Assembly (NCBI GenBank): GCA_043228905.1
Contig: JBHGNT010000015.1
Coordinates: 5,270,001-5,334,000 of the forward strand
Source of the DNA: Azolla caroliniana
Taxonomy: Eukaryota > Plantae > Polypodiophyta
Length of the DNA: 64,000 nucleotides
Reading direction: 5' to 3'
The notes below the pieces were generated by a model that was not told the DNA's origin, did no database searches, and saw only the letters and a list, made by a program, of their open reading frames with translations. The translations under genes were made by a program, and so were the position numbers. This document shows, piece by piece, positions 13,301-26,761 of the stretch. Position 1 is the first letter of the stretch, and the number at the start of each line of letters is the position of its first letter.

Positions 13301-16300
13301 ATGAAAGTGGTAACATGGAATGTGAGAGGGGCATGTTCTCCTCATAAGAAGTATATACTATGGGAAACTTTGTTAAGTAGAGAATGGGATGTAGTATGTG
13401 CAGTTGAGCATAAGTGTCATGAGTTAGCAGGATCCATAGTGCATTTGCATGGATATTCATCATTTTATGCATGACATCTTAATAATCATTATTCAGGTGT
13501 GGTATTAATTGTGAGGGATAAGTATTATCCTCAAATGGTGCATAATGATCCTTATGGTCGGTTTTTGGTTCTAGAAATCACTTTTTTTGGCGAGGTTGTG
13601 TGGGTGGTTGGGATTTATGCCCCTAACCAAGCCACTCAGCGTATTGCATTATGGGGTTCACTCCTTCAAACCCTATCTATTGGATGCCCAAGATTACTTA
13701 TGGGCGATTTTAACATGTGTGTTGATGCATTTCAATCCACGTCTGAACATTCAATCATGGATGATCCTGAGCAACTTGCTTGGGACTCATTGGCTATGGA
13801 GGTTCTAAAGTTGGATGTTTGGACATGGTTACAAGGGAATGATCCAAGTTTTACCTTCCAATCTGCTCAACATAGACAAACATGGAGTCGGTTAGATAGA
13901 ATGTATGTGATGCACGATGATTCTTTTTTACCGACATCACTTCGTATGAACGTTTTACAAGATGTTGGAACTTCATATCACTTTCCTATTTGCTTGGAGG
14001 TGTGTAATCATGCAATTGACATGTATAAATCTTTACTTGGAAAGCCTCCACTACGCTTTAACTCTTCTCTTTTGCTTCAACCTCACTTTGATTCTCTCAT
14101 GGAGCAAATTTTGGTAAATTTTTCTCAACAAGTGAATCTTAAAGGAGTTAAAGCATGGGATATCACATTACGAAACATTAACATCATTCATCGTATGTAT
14201 GGAGTAACCAATGCTCAACGAAGAAGAGGTCTTATTCGACAATTCTCACAAGTTCTCTCTAGGTGTAATGCATTATTGATACATACACCATTAGATGAGG
14301 AGCTTTTGGATATTCAGAGTCAATTGCATGTTATCATTTCTCAGTTGCAATGCCAAAGTTATCGTTATGCTAAGATGCGACAACTTAGGGAAGGACTCAT
14401 TGATAATCAATGTCAATCTCATTTGTTTTTCCAAGCAATACATCCTACTTATGCTCGATCTAATGTGGCACATGTGAAGCAAGGGGATGAATTGATAGTG
14501 GATCCTACAACAATAATTGACATATGCCTTCATTACTTTAAGGAGTTGATTGGTCCACAATTGTTAATGATAGATGATGTGAGTAGAGCACGTCATGAGT
14601 TTTATGATGTGGTTGGATGTATTGTGCATGATCTCATTAGTCATGAATTGGATGCGGATTTCACTGAGGATGAGGTGGATGTAGTTTTAAGGCATCTTCC
14701 TAGTGGTAAGAGCCCTGGTTGGGATGACTTGACAAATGAAGTTTTTAAGAGATATTCCAAAATTTTAAAGGGGCCCTTGACTTTGATGTTTCAACAATCT
14801 TGGGATTTTGGTTGTATGCCTCAAGCTTGGAAGATTGGTCTAATTAAACTAGTTCCAAAGGTGGCATCTCATGAGTCATTTCATCAGTGGAGACCTATTT
14901 CTTTGATGGGGGGGTTGTACAAGATATTTACGAAGGTCTTGGCAAATAGATTACAAAAGTATTTGCCAAAGTTGATACACCCCGCCCAATATGGTTTTAT
15001 TGCAGGTAGAAATATATTGCATAATGTGTTGAATGTTCAAATGGCCATGGATTATGCTCGGAACACTCATCAAGAATTGATTATGGTGCAATTAGATTTG
15101 GAGAAAGCTTATGATCATGTTAATTGGTCTTTTGTTTCTGGGTTAATGCATACAATGGGCTTTGGACCTCGTATGTCTCGCCTCATATTTTTATTAGGAC
15201 AAGATGTAGTGTCTCGAGTAATGCTTAATGGGGGAGTTACATCAGATATTGCCCTCACAAGATCCGTTCGTCAAGGATGCCCTCTTAGCCCATTGTTGTT
15301 TGCTATTTTTACTCATCCTTTGTTAGTGATGCTATCAAGACTTGCAATAAATGGTGACATTGTGGGTTTACACCTTCCGTTCGGAGGGAAAATAGTAGCA
15401 CAAGCTTTGGCGGATGATTCTTTCATGTTTTTACAAGCCTCACGGGAGAATCTTGAGAAGGGGATGCTTGTATGGAATCAGTTTGCATTAGCTTCCAGAT
15501 TACATATTAATTGGAGGAAGTCTAGTCTCATATCATGCACTGAAAGGGATTTGGAATGTTTAGGATGGCAAGGATCCGTGGTGAAGAAAGGCTCTATTTT
15601 TTGACACTTGGGCTATCCATTAGGAATGAATGTTACAAATGGTCAATTGATTTAATGGATGTCTAGTAAGTTGAGGGATAAGTTCATGTATTGGAAGTCA
15701 CAATCTTGGCCATTTCATGTTCGCTTGAAGGTTGTACAATGTATTATGGAACCCATGATATTATATTACTTGCCATTATTGCCATGGACAAAGAAGGCGT
15801 TGCATTCTGTTTTGCAACCTCTTCGATATTTGTTGTGGAAGAAGAGGGATAAGATGGGAATCACATGGATTGTTTGGAATCATCTAGCAACCCCTAAGCG
15901 ATTGGGGGGGGGGGTTTGGAATATTGAACTTATCTATGCATATGATGGCTCGTAGATTTTCATTATTACAAGACATGTGTTCAAACTCACAACCATGGAT
16001 ATCTATTGTTCGATATTTCATTGAGAACAAGGGTTTAACACATGGGAGGACAACGATTAAGGCTTCATGGTGGCAATTACTGAATGGATGTATTTCACTT
16101 AGGATTCCGGGTTCTTCATGTGTTCAACACTTAGTTACCTCATGGCAAGAAGCAGTCTTGTTATGTGTATGGAAACCATCATCTAGTAGAGAGCATTGTA
16201 ACTCTTTGAAAAAAGAGTTACTTGTGTCTTCTCGGTTATTATGTTGGCCAAGAAAGGAGAGATTGCGTTCTCAATTTAATCGTTTGTTTCGTTTGGGGGT

Positions 16301-17040
16301 CAAAGAGGTGGGAGATATAGTTGAGGTTCCATCTCAAAGAATTTTGGAGTTTACTGAAGCATGACAATTATTACGCATCCCGCCTAATTATGGGTTTATT
16401 TAGCAACAACTACAGAATATTGCATTGATGCAAGGTCCCTTACCTCTACAAACAGGAGAACAACCGTGGATTGATTGGAGTTTAAGGGGTCAAACACCAT
16501 TGTTACAAGTGACTACTAATCTTTTGTATCATTGTTCCGTTGAGTCTCTTGGATGGTTATCATCTAAAGCTGAAGAAGAATGGAAAATACACAAATATGA
16601 TCATGGGTGGTGGCAGATCTTACAACGTAGTTGGCATTCTAAATTGCCACTTGTTGCAAAGGTATTCATTTGGGGAGTTTTGATCGGAGGATTGCCTTTG
16701 GGATTAGCTTTAAAGCGTTGTGGACTAGCAACGGGTACCAGCTTCTTTTGCACTGTTCAGATAGAATATGTACTCATCGATTTATACAATGTCCGCTTGT
16801 CAAATTTGGAGTTACATTTCTCAAATTTGGCAAGTTTTATCACGGAGTTATTTGACACCTAGACAATGGGTGTTTGCACAATTTACACAGGCTGACCCAA
16901 AATCAGAGATGGAGATTGTTTTCCTATTTCTGAGATATTGGGGATTGTGTCATAATTGGAACATGCGCAACGCTTTTGTATTCGATGGTAGACATGGAGT
17001 GAAAGCATATCTACGAAAGTTGAAGGGAGTACTAATGTGA
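13301..17040 (+). pseudogene. LINE ORF2 (APE endonuclease, reverse transcriptase, zf-RVT), disrupted
   Basis: Starts MKVVTWNVRG; IYAPN, GDFN, SRLDR (APE); KSPGWD, WRPISL, QYGF, LDLEKAYD, RQGCPLSP, LADD (RT); several stops and frameshifts. Confidence 0.92.
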
Positions 17041-17226
17041 CAATTTTCTTTATTGGAACAAGTGGAAATTCTTTCCTCGGTGGAGTGTTCGTCTTGCCTA
17101 TTGGCAATTCAACATGTTCCACTACCCATGTAGTGTAGTGTGTGACTATACTCCATTGTCACACGTATTGTAAGTAGTGTTTTTCACACACATTTATTAA
17201 TATAATTGTGTGTTTTCACCAAAGAG

Positions 17227-17278
<52 letters not shown>

Positions 17279-18250
17279 TATATTATTGTCTTCGGAGGTC
17301 AAATATGACCTATGAGACCAAAAATATTACATTTCACGTGATACGTGTGAAAGTGAGTAGTGACTCTCGATGTTCAAGAACTTTACCAATGAATGTTGCA
17401 ATTGAGAGTGCACATTGTGGTTGTGAGAGGAATTCATGCAAAGATTGGGCTCGATCGAAGAGATGTGGAAAGCATGGTCGAATATGATCAAAGGCAGAGC
17501 ATTGTATCAAAGTGTGATACTCAGACTCGCGAACTTGTTTAGGACAAAGTGTGCATAGCCGACCACTCTCATCACTTGTACTCCAACGCCCTGTTTCACA
17601 TCGCAATGCATGTGAGCTAAGTCGCATGGAAGCAATGGTTCGAATGGCAGATAACGGTATGGGCTCTAACATGTATGGATGTGTACGATTTCCCCATTCC
17701 GCAAAGAATATGGTTTTGTAGTTAGGTGCAACATATGTGTAGTATAATGTGTGAAGCGTGAGCCTCCACATTTGTCCCATGTCATGATACATTGGCATTG
17801 CAAAAATGCCTCATTTACAGAGGAATCTAATGATGCATCATGAAGCAAGTGTCTTGCATCCCATCTACCAAACCATTTTTCTCTATCTTGCATCCAACCG
17901 GAACACAAAATTTTTCTTTTATGCGTCTTTTGGATCTTTTTGCTTGTTTCCCACGCAATTCTAGGAAGTCGATGTGAGGGACTTTTTTGAACCTTAAGCA
18001 TGTATTCAACAACCCTTTCCATGGCCATGATCTCAATGGGAAGCGATCCCGTCTCAAGGAGCAGGAGGGTGTAGGGCGCTTGTTTCTTAACTTGTAGAAA
18101 CTTGGTAAGAAAATGCTTTTGGACATTTTCAAACTCTTTCCACATAGATTTAGGGATACTACCGGCCCATACTTCCACCCCATAGAGAAGAACCGGTGTC
18201 ACCAAAGTGTGGAAAAGATATTTCTTGAGGACCCAACACTTAATATCTCC
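17227..18250 (-). mobile_element. 5'-truncated non-L1 LINE (RTE/RTEX-like) with (TATC)n tail
   Basis: PVLLYGVEVW and RLSSHALRCETGRW...CTLC...ESEYHTLIQC motifs; (GATA)n at 17227-17278 lies directly 3' of the ORF. Confidence 0.75.
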
Positions 18251-18595
18251 AAGAGAGAGAGAGAGAGAGAAACACGAGATAGATTAGAGAGACAATAGAA
18301 TACTCAAGAAGGTGTATATTACAAAGGAGATTGATCGACTTAATTACAAAGTAGGAGGAGAGTGCTTTATATAGTCACTCTCTCTCTTCATTAACTACCG
18401 AAGCCAATGGGTCATGGGGAATGTGAAAACTCATTAGTTATGTGTCATAGAATATGATTCTATGACACATAGTTAATGTGTAGATAAGAGTGGTGACTTT
18501 TGACCTTTGAGTGCACACTCTCAAGGGTGTGTTCACACACTAGACTAGGTTGAGCTTGATTCTCAACACGGCCCCTCAAGCTCAACTTTGGTCGG

Positions 18596-21500
18596 CTACT
18601 TCAGTTGATGTCCACTTCGGCTCGTATCCGGTTCGGACGGTATCCGGTACATCCAACTCGTACTCCCCCTCAAGCTTGGCAAGTCAGGGAACGTCAATCC
18701 AAGGTCTGACATGAATTGCTGAAGCTTGTCGGCTCCTAGGGCTTTGGTGAAGATGTCGACTATCTGAAGATTCGTAGGGATATGTTGAAGGTTGACATCG
18801 CCAACTTGAACATGCTCTCGAATGAAGTGATACTGCACTTCGATATGCTTCGTGCGTGCGTGGAACACTGGGTTCCAAGCCACATAAATACTGCTCATGT
18901 TGTCGCAGTAAAGGAGAATCAGATCTTTGATGGGAATGCCCAGATCCTTTAATATCCTCTTGAGCCATACGGCTTCGCATGCAGCCACCAACGCGCCCCT
19001 GTATTTGGCCTCTATGCTCGAAAGAGCGACGGTTGGTTGCTTCTCGCTATTCTAGGAGATGGCTCCACTTCCGAGGGAGAAGAAGAAACCAGAGGTTGAT
19101 TGTTGGTCTGCTTTGTAGCCTGCCCAGTCGGCATCTATCTACCCCTCGAGTTGAATTGGCATGGCCGACTTATAGAGAATGCCATAGTCCATCGTTCCGC
19201 TCACGTATCGTAGCACTCTCTTAGCACAATCCAAATGGAAAGCTCGTGGCATTTGCATGAACTTGGCTAAGAAGGCCGACCGGATAGCTCAGGTCTAGTC
19301 CAGTGATCATGAGGTAGATAAGACTACTGATCAATTGTCGATATTGAGTCAGCTTACACTTTGTGGTGCCAGAATTGGCATCTAGTTTGAGGTTTTGGTT
19401 GAGAGGTGTTGCCAAAGACTTGCACTCAGTCATCCCGAACTTGTATAACAAGTTGAGAATGTAGTGCCGTTGCGAGATCATAATCTCGGCTGGAGTTCAA
19501 ATTACCTCGATGCCAAGGAAGTAGTGGAGCTCTTTCATGTCCGCCATCTTGAATTTGTTGGAAAGGAGGGATTTGACCTTGTTGATGTCGACTAGATGCT
19601 CACCTCCAATGACCAGATCATCCACGTATAGGATGATGATGATCGGACTTTTGGAATCGCTTCCTACATACAGAGAATTGTCGGATTTTGACATTCGGAA
19701 ACCGATTCGATGAAGATATTGTGTTATCTTCGAGTGCCAAGCACGTGGTGCTTGCTTAAGGCCGTAGAGGGGCTTCTTGAGTTGGCATATGTCTTTCGGA
19801 TGAATGTTGGATTCGAAGCCGGGTGGTTGTATCATGTACACCTCCTCTTCTAATTCACCTTGAAGAAAAGCGTTCTTGACATCCATCTGGTGGAGGTGCC
19901 ACCCTTTCACTGATGCAAGCACTATCACGGTTCGCACGGTTGTCATCTTTGCCACCGGGGCAAAGGTCTCTTCATAGTTGATGCCCTGTGTTTGTGCGTA
20001 GCCCTTTGCTATGAGTCGAGCTTTGTAGCGGTTGACAGAACCGTCGGCAGTATACTTCACTTTGTATATCCATCTGCAACCGATTGCCTTCTTGTGCGGT
20101 GAGTGAGGGACGAGATCCCATGTCTCATTCTTGCTGAGAGCTTGCATCTCCTCGTTCATTGCTTCGACCCATTGCGGATCTTTAGCGGCTTCGGCAAAGC
20201 TCTCCGGTTCTCGAACTGTTGCCACCTTCATCATAAAGGCATAGTGGTATGCCATATAATTGTTGTAGCCGAATCGGCTAATTGGATTCTTCTCTCGGGT
20301 GGAGTGACAAAGTTTCTCATTTGCCGATGTGAGTGCTTTCTCAACTCCGGGTGACCTCATAAGAGGCACATCAAAGCCATCGAACTCACTATCAAGTGAA
20401 TGAGTCGATTCGTTGCCGTCGAAGAGACTGTCTTCATATTCCGGCATTTTGGCCTTCCCTTTGTCCATCTTTGGACTTGGCCGATATGTGCTTTGGTTGC
20501 TCGGAGGCTCTTGTGGTCCGCTCAATCTGGTTGAGATCGGACTCTCTTCGAGTATTGACCTTAGTTGATCATTATCTTCTGTGTTGTCGAGGTCGTTCGT
20601 AGATGGTTCGGGAGGAGTCGGCTCGGGTTTGTACCATGATGTCGATTCGTCAAAGACGACGTCCCGACTTACACGAGTCTTCCGAGTAGAGGGGTTGAAG
20701 CACTTGTACCCCTTTTGCTCCAGTGAGTGCCCCACGAGGATGCACTTCTCTGATTTTGGGTCAAGCTTCTGCCGCTTCTCATCGGGAATGTGTACGTATG
20801 CAATGGAGCCGAATATCCTTAAATGGGATAGATCCGGCTTCTTCCTGTAGTATTTCTCGTGCGGGGTGACCTCGTGCACTCTAGATGTTGTGCACCGGTT
20901 CATGAGGTAGACGGCGGTATTTGCAGCTTCTGCCCAATATGACTTGGGCATATGCTTCTCATTTAGCATGGCCCTTGCTACTTCGAGGATGTGTTGATTC
21001 TTGCGTTCGGCTACACCGTTCTATTGTGGTGTGTGTCGGCAAGTGAATTCTTGCTGAATTCCTTCTTGTCGAAGGTATGCCGTGAACGCATCGGAGAAGT
21101 ATTCATTTCCTCCGTCTGACCGAAGACATTGACGCCCAGTTGTCTTTTCGACTTCGCTTTTGAATTTTTGGAAGTGTATAAACACTTCGCTCTTCATCCT
21201 CATGGGAAAGATCCATGTGTATCTAAAGAAGTCATCGATGAAGGTAGCATAGTACCAACATCCTCCAAATGTGGCTGTCTGTGCCGGTCCCCACACATCC
21301 AAGTGGACTACGTCCAATAGGCCTTTGCTCACGTTCCTCTCCTTCAAGAACGGGTGCCGATGTTGCTTGCTGAATTGGCATGCTTCACATACTCCTTCAA
21401 TTTCTTTCTCTTTGAAGGTCGGGAGCCCAATGACGACTCCTTTCGATTGCATCGCCTTGAGTTTGTTGAGATTGATATGGCCGATTCTCTTATGCCATAG

Positions 21501-22881
21501 CTCTATGTCGGTGTCGGATTTGAGGCCCTTTGCAAACATGGCCGATTTTACCTCGTTTGCTTCGAGGATAAACATTCAGCCTTCCCTTCAACCACCAACA
21601 ATTAGTCGGCCTTCCTTCTCGATGAAGCAACCTCCTTGGTTGAATCGAACTTGCATCCCTTGCTCCACAATTTAGCCGACTGAGACCAAATTCTTCGTTA
21701 TGGTGGGTACATATAAGACATTTTTTATACAAGTTTGTTCATCTTCTTTCCCGAATGGGACATTGCCGACATGCCAAATCGGATGAGTGGTGTTGTCTCC
21801 GGTCTCAACATAACTGGGTCGATCCGGCTCTCGAAGGTCTTTGAACCATTCTTGATGGGATGTCATATGGTTCGAAGCACCGGATTTGACGAACCATACA
21901 TCTTCCGCCAAGCATTAGTCGAAGTAGAGGCCAACATAGAATTTGCTCTATGTGTCATTACAAGCATTCCGCCATGATCTTCATAGTCGGAGTTGGTGGC
22001 ATAATTGGTGAGTTGTCGGCTTGTGGAAGCCGACTTGCGCTTCTTCTTTCGGCACTCTTCTTCATGGTGGCTGATTTTTCCGCAATAACCGCATTCGATC
22101 GAGGTTTGTTGGCTCGGACCGGAATGGAAGCTCCCCCTTCTTCCGAAGGTTCCTTGATGGCTTCCGTTTTGTTGCCGAAATTGGGAGTTGTTGTCATAAG
22201 TCGAACCTCGTCCGCTTCATCCTTGGCCGAATCGACCTCTTGCTCGGTCGCGTCCTCTTCCTCCATTCGAATGTGTGTAGAGCATGTAGCCATCCTAGGT
22301 GTTGCTCCTTGTTCGAACATGGTTTTCTTCAACCAACAACATGGATTGAAGATCAAAGAAAGAGGGAGAATTCTCCCTTGCTAGGACGATGGTTCTCATC
22401 GAGCCGAACCGTGGTGCAAGGCCGCTGAGGCATATTTGCACCATTTCGTCATCCTCCACATTGACTCTTATTGAGCTGAGTGATTCACAAAGCTCCTTGA
22501 TCCTCAAGGTGTAGCTTGTGATGGACATGTCCCGTTGGATGTTTTCAACTCTTGGCGGAGTTGAAGCTTCCTCGTGATCGTGTTGGCGGCGAAAATCTTT
22601 CGTAGATTTTCCCATGCTTCCTTCGGTGTCTCGGCTTCTCAAATGTACCCGAGCATGTGGTCGTGAACGCATGTCGCCAAGCAATACATTACTTGACTCG
22701 CCACTTGCTCCCATGTTGAGTAGTTGGCGTCTCCCGGGTCGGGTTGGTTTTCTTGTGCTCCCTTGATGTAACCCCAATAACCTTGGCCAACAAGGTATTG
22801 GTGCATCTTCTACTCCCAAGATGCGAAGTTGTTTCGGTCCAACTTCTCGATAGGTAGAGCGCTCCCCATTTGAGTATTCAT
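18596..22881 (-). pseudogene. Copia A gag-pol polyprotein (degenerate)
   Basis: EKLDRNNF gag start, WFV.SGASNHMT protease, LWHKRIGH/CEAC, RSDGGNEY integrase, QMDVKNAFL/YVDD RT, CDNMSSI...HARTKHIEV RNase H; IN precedes RT. Confidence 0.92.
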
Positions 22882-22928
22882 GGTGTTCGATGTAGATTTT
22901 CTTCTTCTTCTTCTCTCTTGAATACGAG

Positions 22929-23384
22929 TGTTACCGATTAGGAACACGGTCTGCGGTCAGTCCTTCGACCTAGACCTCCAAGTGATTGTGGAACAACGAA
23001 TGGGGCGTCTATGCGTAATGCGTAGGGGAATGTTCCCCGCAACCTATCAGTGTATAAGGGAGACGGCTACAACCGACTCCTTAGCAATGGTTACACTTAC
23101 ATTCTTACACACTCAGGTATTCCAGACACAATAGATTTAGCCGTAGCTATACACAAACTTTCAGAGAAGATAGAATTCTATTACGATATGCTTCTTTACA
23201 TTCCAAAATACACGCTCCCTCTATTAGAGGTTTTCTGTCCTTTATATACGCAGGGTCTATTTAGCCGTTCACGCTTCTTGCGTGAACCGTTACATGCGTT
23301 ATGATCTTATATTATTTCTTATTCCTACGCTCTTGTTCATCGGTTACTATTCCGATATACAATACCTGGCATGCTTGTGGGACA
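22929..23384 (-). repeat. 3' LTR of Gypsy B (inner boundary approximate)
   Basis: Repeat of 32474-32930; TG...CA termini. Confidence 0.8.
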
Positions 23385-25172
23385 GTGCCCTGGCACGTCG
23401 GATCCCGTTAATCTTCTTCCAAAATGGCCCGGATGTTTGGCTCTGCTACGGTGTCCGCGTCCGGAGGCGATGTAGGGCCCGTAGGTGCATCGTGGTGTGG
23501 CTCCCCTGTTTGGTCGGAATGGTTGCTCCCGGTGTCGCAGTCGTCGTGTGTGGGTGGTTCGGGTACGATGGGCTCTTCTTGAGCTAGTGGGTTGGGCTCC
23601 GCTGTCGTCGTGCTTGCGGTCGGCCGCGACTTTGTCTCAATCGTTACTTCCTTCGTGGTGTCGGCCGTCTTTGTACATTCCGGGGAGTGGGGCTGCGATT
23701 CCGCCTGGCCCGCACCGTTCTCCGCGTGGTCCGTCGATAGCGTGGGCTCCTGCGGATGGAGCTCGTATTGGGCAGCGGTTTCGCTATCTGGAACTATGGG
23801 GGACTCCGCTCGTCGGTCCGCATTGTTCACCATCGTTGTAATTTGTGATGATCTAGCCTGAGGTTCCTCTTCTTCGGCCGTGCCCGGAATTGGCGTTGTG
23901 CTGGATTTCTCATTTGTTCGCGTGTTGCCGGCTTGTGTGATCTGGTGAAATAGCTCCTCCTGGCTTTCACCAAAATCATCTAAGAGCTGCGCGAGTTCTT
24001 CGGAATGTTGGTACGTTAGCGCACGATAGTCTTGCGCTAGGTCCTCGAGTACGGTCGCAATGCTCTCCTCATTTAGTTTATAGAAACCTCGGCCGTCTTT
24101 TCGCCGGTTCTCCCAGTCCGCACGATACGCGTGCAATTCCGCTGCTTGGGTTGCCCACGCCATCCATCCTTTGTCCAACGCCGTTTTCAATTGCGCTGTG
24201 AACCTCTCCTGATTTGTTTGGAGAAGGATACGCACGTTGTCTGTGATGGCCTAGCAATGGCTGTGTGCGTCCTCCATCGACTTCTGGAGGTTTGCAATTT
24301 CTTGCTGCCTAACTGTCACCGCTTCTTCGTACGTGGCCTTCAGACCCGCCCACAGTTGGGATTCCTTTGCATGTTGTTCTTCTAATTTCCCCATTTCATT
24401 GTTTAGGCGGATTTCGAGCTGATGCCTTCTTTCCTGTTCGACCACCAGCTGCTCGTCGAACCATACCTTCTTTTTCTCTAATAAGACCCGGAGTCCCGCC
24501 ATTGCCGCCTCCGATTTCTTCGCTTCATCCCGTAATTGGGCGTTTTCGTCTTTTGTCCGGATGTGCTGAGCTACCTCCGTAGCGAGTTTCTCTTCAAGGG
24601 TTTTTACTGCCTTCTGGCTGTTAGCCCGTATCTCCTTTTCTCTGTCTGAGGATTGGCGCAATTCAGCTCGAAGGTGGTCAATTTCTGATTCCGCTAGTTG
24701 CACGACCCTTTTCGCTTTTGAGGCGATGGTGGTCTGAGCCTCAATTTCTTCCTTCAAAGCGTCGATGGCGTGGTTTGGTGGCGGAGTTGCGTGTTGCGCC
24801 GTAGTTGCGTTAGCTTCCAACTCCGTGATGCGTTCGTTGGCATTTTGCAGCTCGGCTTGGGTCATTTTCACCTTCTTCCAGACATTCTTATTTTTAATGG
24901 CCATCTCTTTGGCGCTCGTGCTGACTTTTGCCAGTTCCCGATGGACTTCGACTAGGGCCGTGTTTAATGGGGGTAGCTCCATCCCCACTCAGTGTACCTC
25001 GGCGTTCCTTTGTCTGCCGACCCTGGCTAGCCGGTCCTCATCGTCGCTCTCGATCATCTGGTGCTCCGCGTGCTCCTCGGCCATTCGTTGGGAGGCTTTT
25101 ATCTATTGTGTTGCCAGGAATTCCATGACCTCAAAAGAGGTTCCGAATTGTAAGAGGGCGCTGAACTCATGG

Positions 25173-25627
25173 TGTTACGGGCATGACCATATAATATCCC
25201 GTGGTAAGAATTTACCGTAGTATTCTATACACGTGGATAAGTGTGAGGGTTAAACGAGAGTGTAAAGAAGGGGAGGATTACTTTTAATCCTCGGGATTGA
25301 GACAACCCATTAGGTCAAGTGTGAACTTGCCTGGGGGCCTTGGGTATCGCTATAAATAAGAGGCCTAGCTACCCTCATTGGATCATCTTTTGACTACATC
25401 GAGACTCTGCTCTTGTGGTGGGTGAACTCTTGTAGCGAGCGCGCCAGCACCAGGTACGACTCGACGCCATTGCGGTGGTATGGGACGCCGATCGAGGCTC
25501 GAGTCCGTCTCGATCCCTTCGCTCGGGGGTGGTCGGGTGGATCGGCACCCTTCTTTCTCTTTCTCCTTTCTATCTATCATTTCTTTATCCTTATCTTAAG
25601 CTTACGTTAGTATTTAGATCTATAATA
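25173..25627 (+). mobile_element. Solo LTR of the Gypsy A family
   Basis: 455-bp reverse-complement match to 3400-3854; TSD CATGG at 25168-25172 and 25628-25632. Confidence 0.95.
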
Positions 25628-26614
25628 CATGGGCCGTATTCGAGATATCTAGTTATGCCAAAACCTCGCTTTCCGTCGTCAATACGGCTTTCCCTCGTTG
25701 GGACTGGGTCGTAATGATCGGCCGAGGCTCCCGGATGATTTCGAAGGTGGTATTGGGCTCCGTAGCTGCAGAGCCATCGCCTTCGGTCGTTGTCTCTACC
25801 ACCGTGGGGACGTCTTTGACCAATCCCTGCTCATCTTTCCTGTCCAATCTACGTCGTTTCGGTCTGGGGCTATCCTGCCATGTTTCGGTGTCTGGCTCTG
25901 GGGTTGCTGCCACAGAACGTGCAGATTGTTCCTCATGCATTGTCCTTGTGTCCGGCTGGGCGGGAGGTGTTGTCCTTGTGTCTGGCTGGGCGAGTTGGGG
26001 TTCCTCTTCCCACTCTGGGCCGCTAACTATGCTAACCTGCGCTTCGCGGATCGTGGTGGGGGCGTGGGTCGGCTGGGCTGTGGTGCCGGTAGGCCTCGGG
26101 GTGGGAATAGTACCGTAAGGTACTGTTGTATGATCGGCTTGAGCTTTTTGCCTGCCTGATACGCATGCAGGCCTTCCCTTAACGCTGGCCCTATGATGAC
26201 CCCCCAATCGACCGCACACCCTTCAACGGTATCGATAGTGATGCCCGCCTTCTGCTTGGGCATCCCATATGCGTTGACATGTACGCAGCCGACCTCTAAC
26301 AGGAACTTGGCAACTTCACGAAAGAAGGGATCCAGGATCTGCTTCGTTCTATAGGCCTTGGTGGAGGAGGAATATGGCCCGAAATATCGCTGCAGCGCCT
26401 CTGCAGGAGGGATTTCGAAATGCCTTTCGCCTAGCGATGACAGGTCCAACTTTTTTCGGATGGAAGAGTTGGTGACCGTGTCGATGTTAAGCTTCCTGGC
26501 GATGTCCATGGCATCTGGGTGTGGGGGTGCCTTTGCGACCCGGATGTACCCATCCAGGTGTTTCTCCACGAGCCATCGGCGTAAGGCAGTAGAGATGAAG
26601 ATCGGCATCGCTAG

Positions 26615-26761
26615 TGTTACGGGCATGACCATTTAATATCCTGTGGTGAGAATTTACCATAGCCTTCTTCACACTCTCGTTTAACCCTCACACTTATCCA
26701 CGTGTATAGAATACTACGGTAAATTCTCACCACGGGATATTAAATGGTCATGCCCGTAACA
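26615..26761. mobile_element. 147-bp fold-back insert made of two inverted Gypsy A-family LTR 5' ends
   Basis: TGTTACGGGCATGACC...GGTCATGCCCGTAACA; TSD GCTAG at 26610-26614 and 26762-26766. Confidence 0.9.

Larger units (their letters stand above)
11473..17223 (+). mobile_element. Near full-length L1-clade LINE (degenerate)
   Basis: 5' UTR, ORF1, ORF2 (APE-RT-zf-RVT), short A tail, flanked by GA repeats. Confidence 0.9.
11378..22928 (-). mobile_element. Ty1/Copia element (Copia A); 3' LTR split by two LINEs, 5' LTR missing
   Basis: 3' LTR runs from 18568 (TGTTGAGA) to the (CT)n at ~18252 and resumes at ~11470-11378 (ends TTTACA), resembling the Copia B LTR; PPT-like CTTGAGGGGCCG at 18569-18580; interrupted by Gypsy B at 22929. 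Confidence 0.85.
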
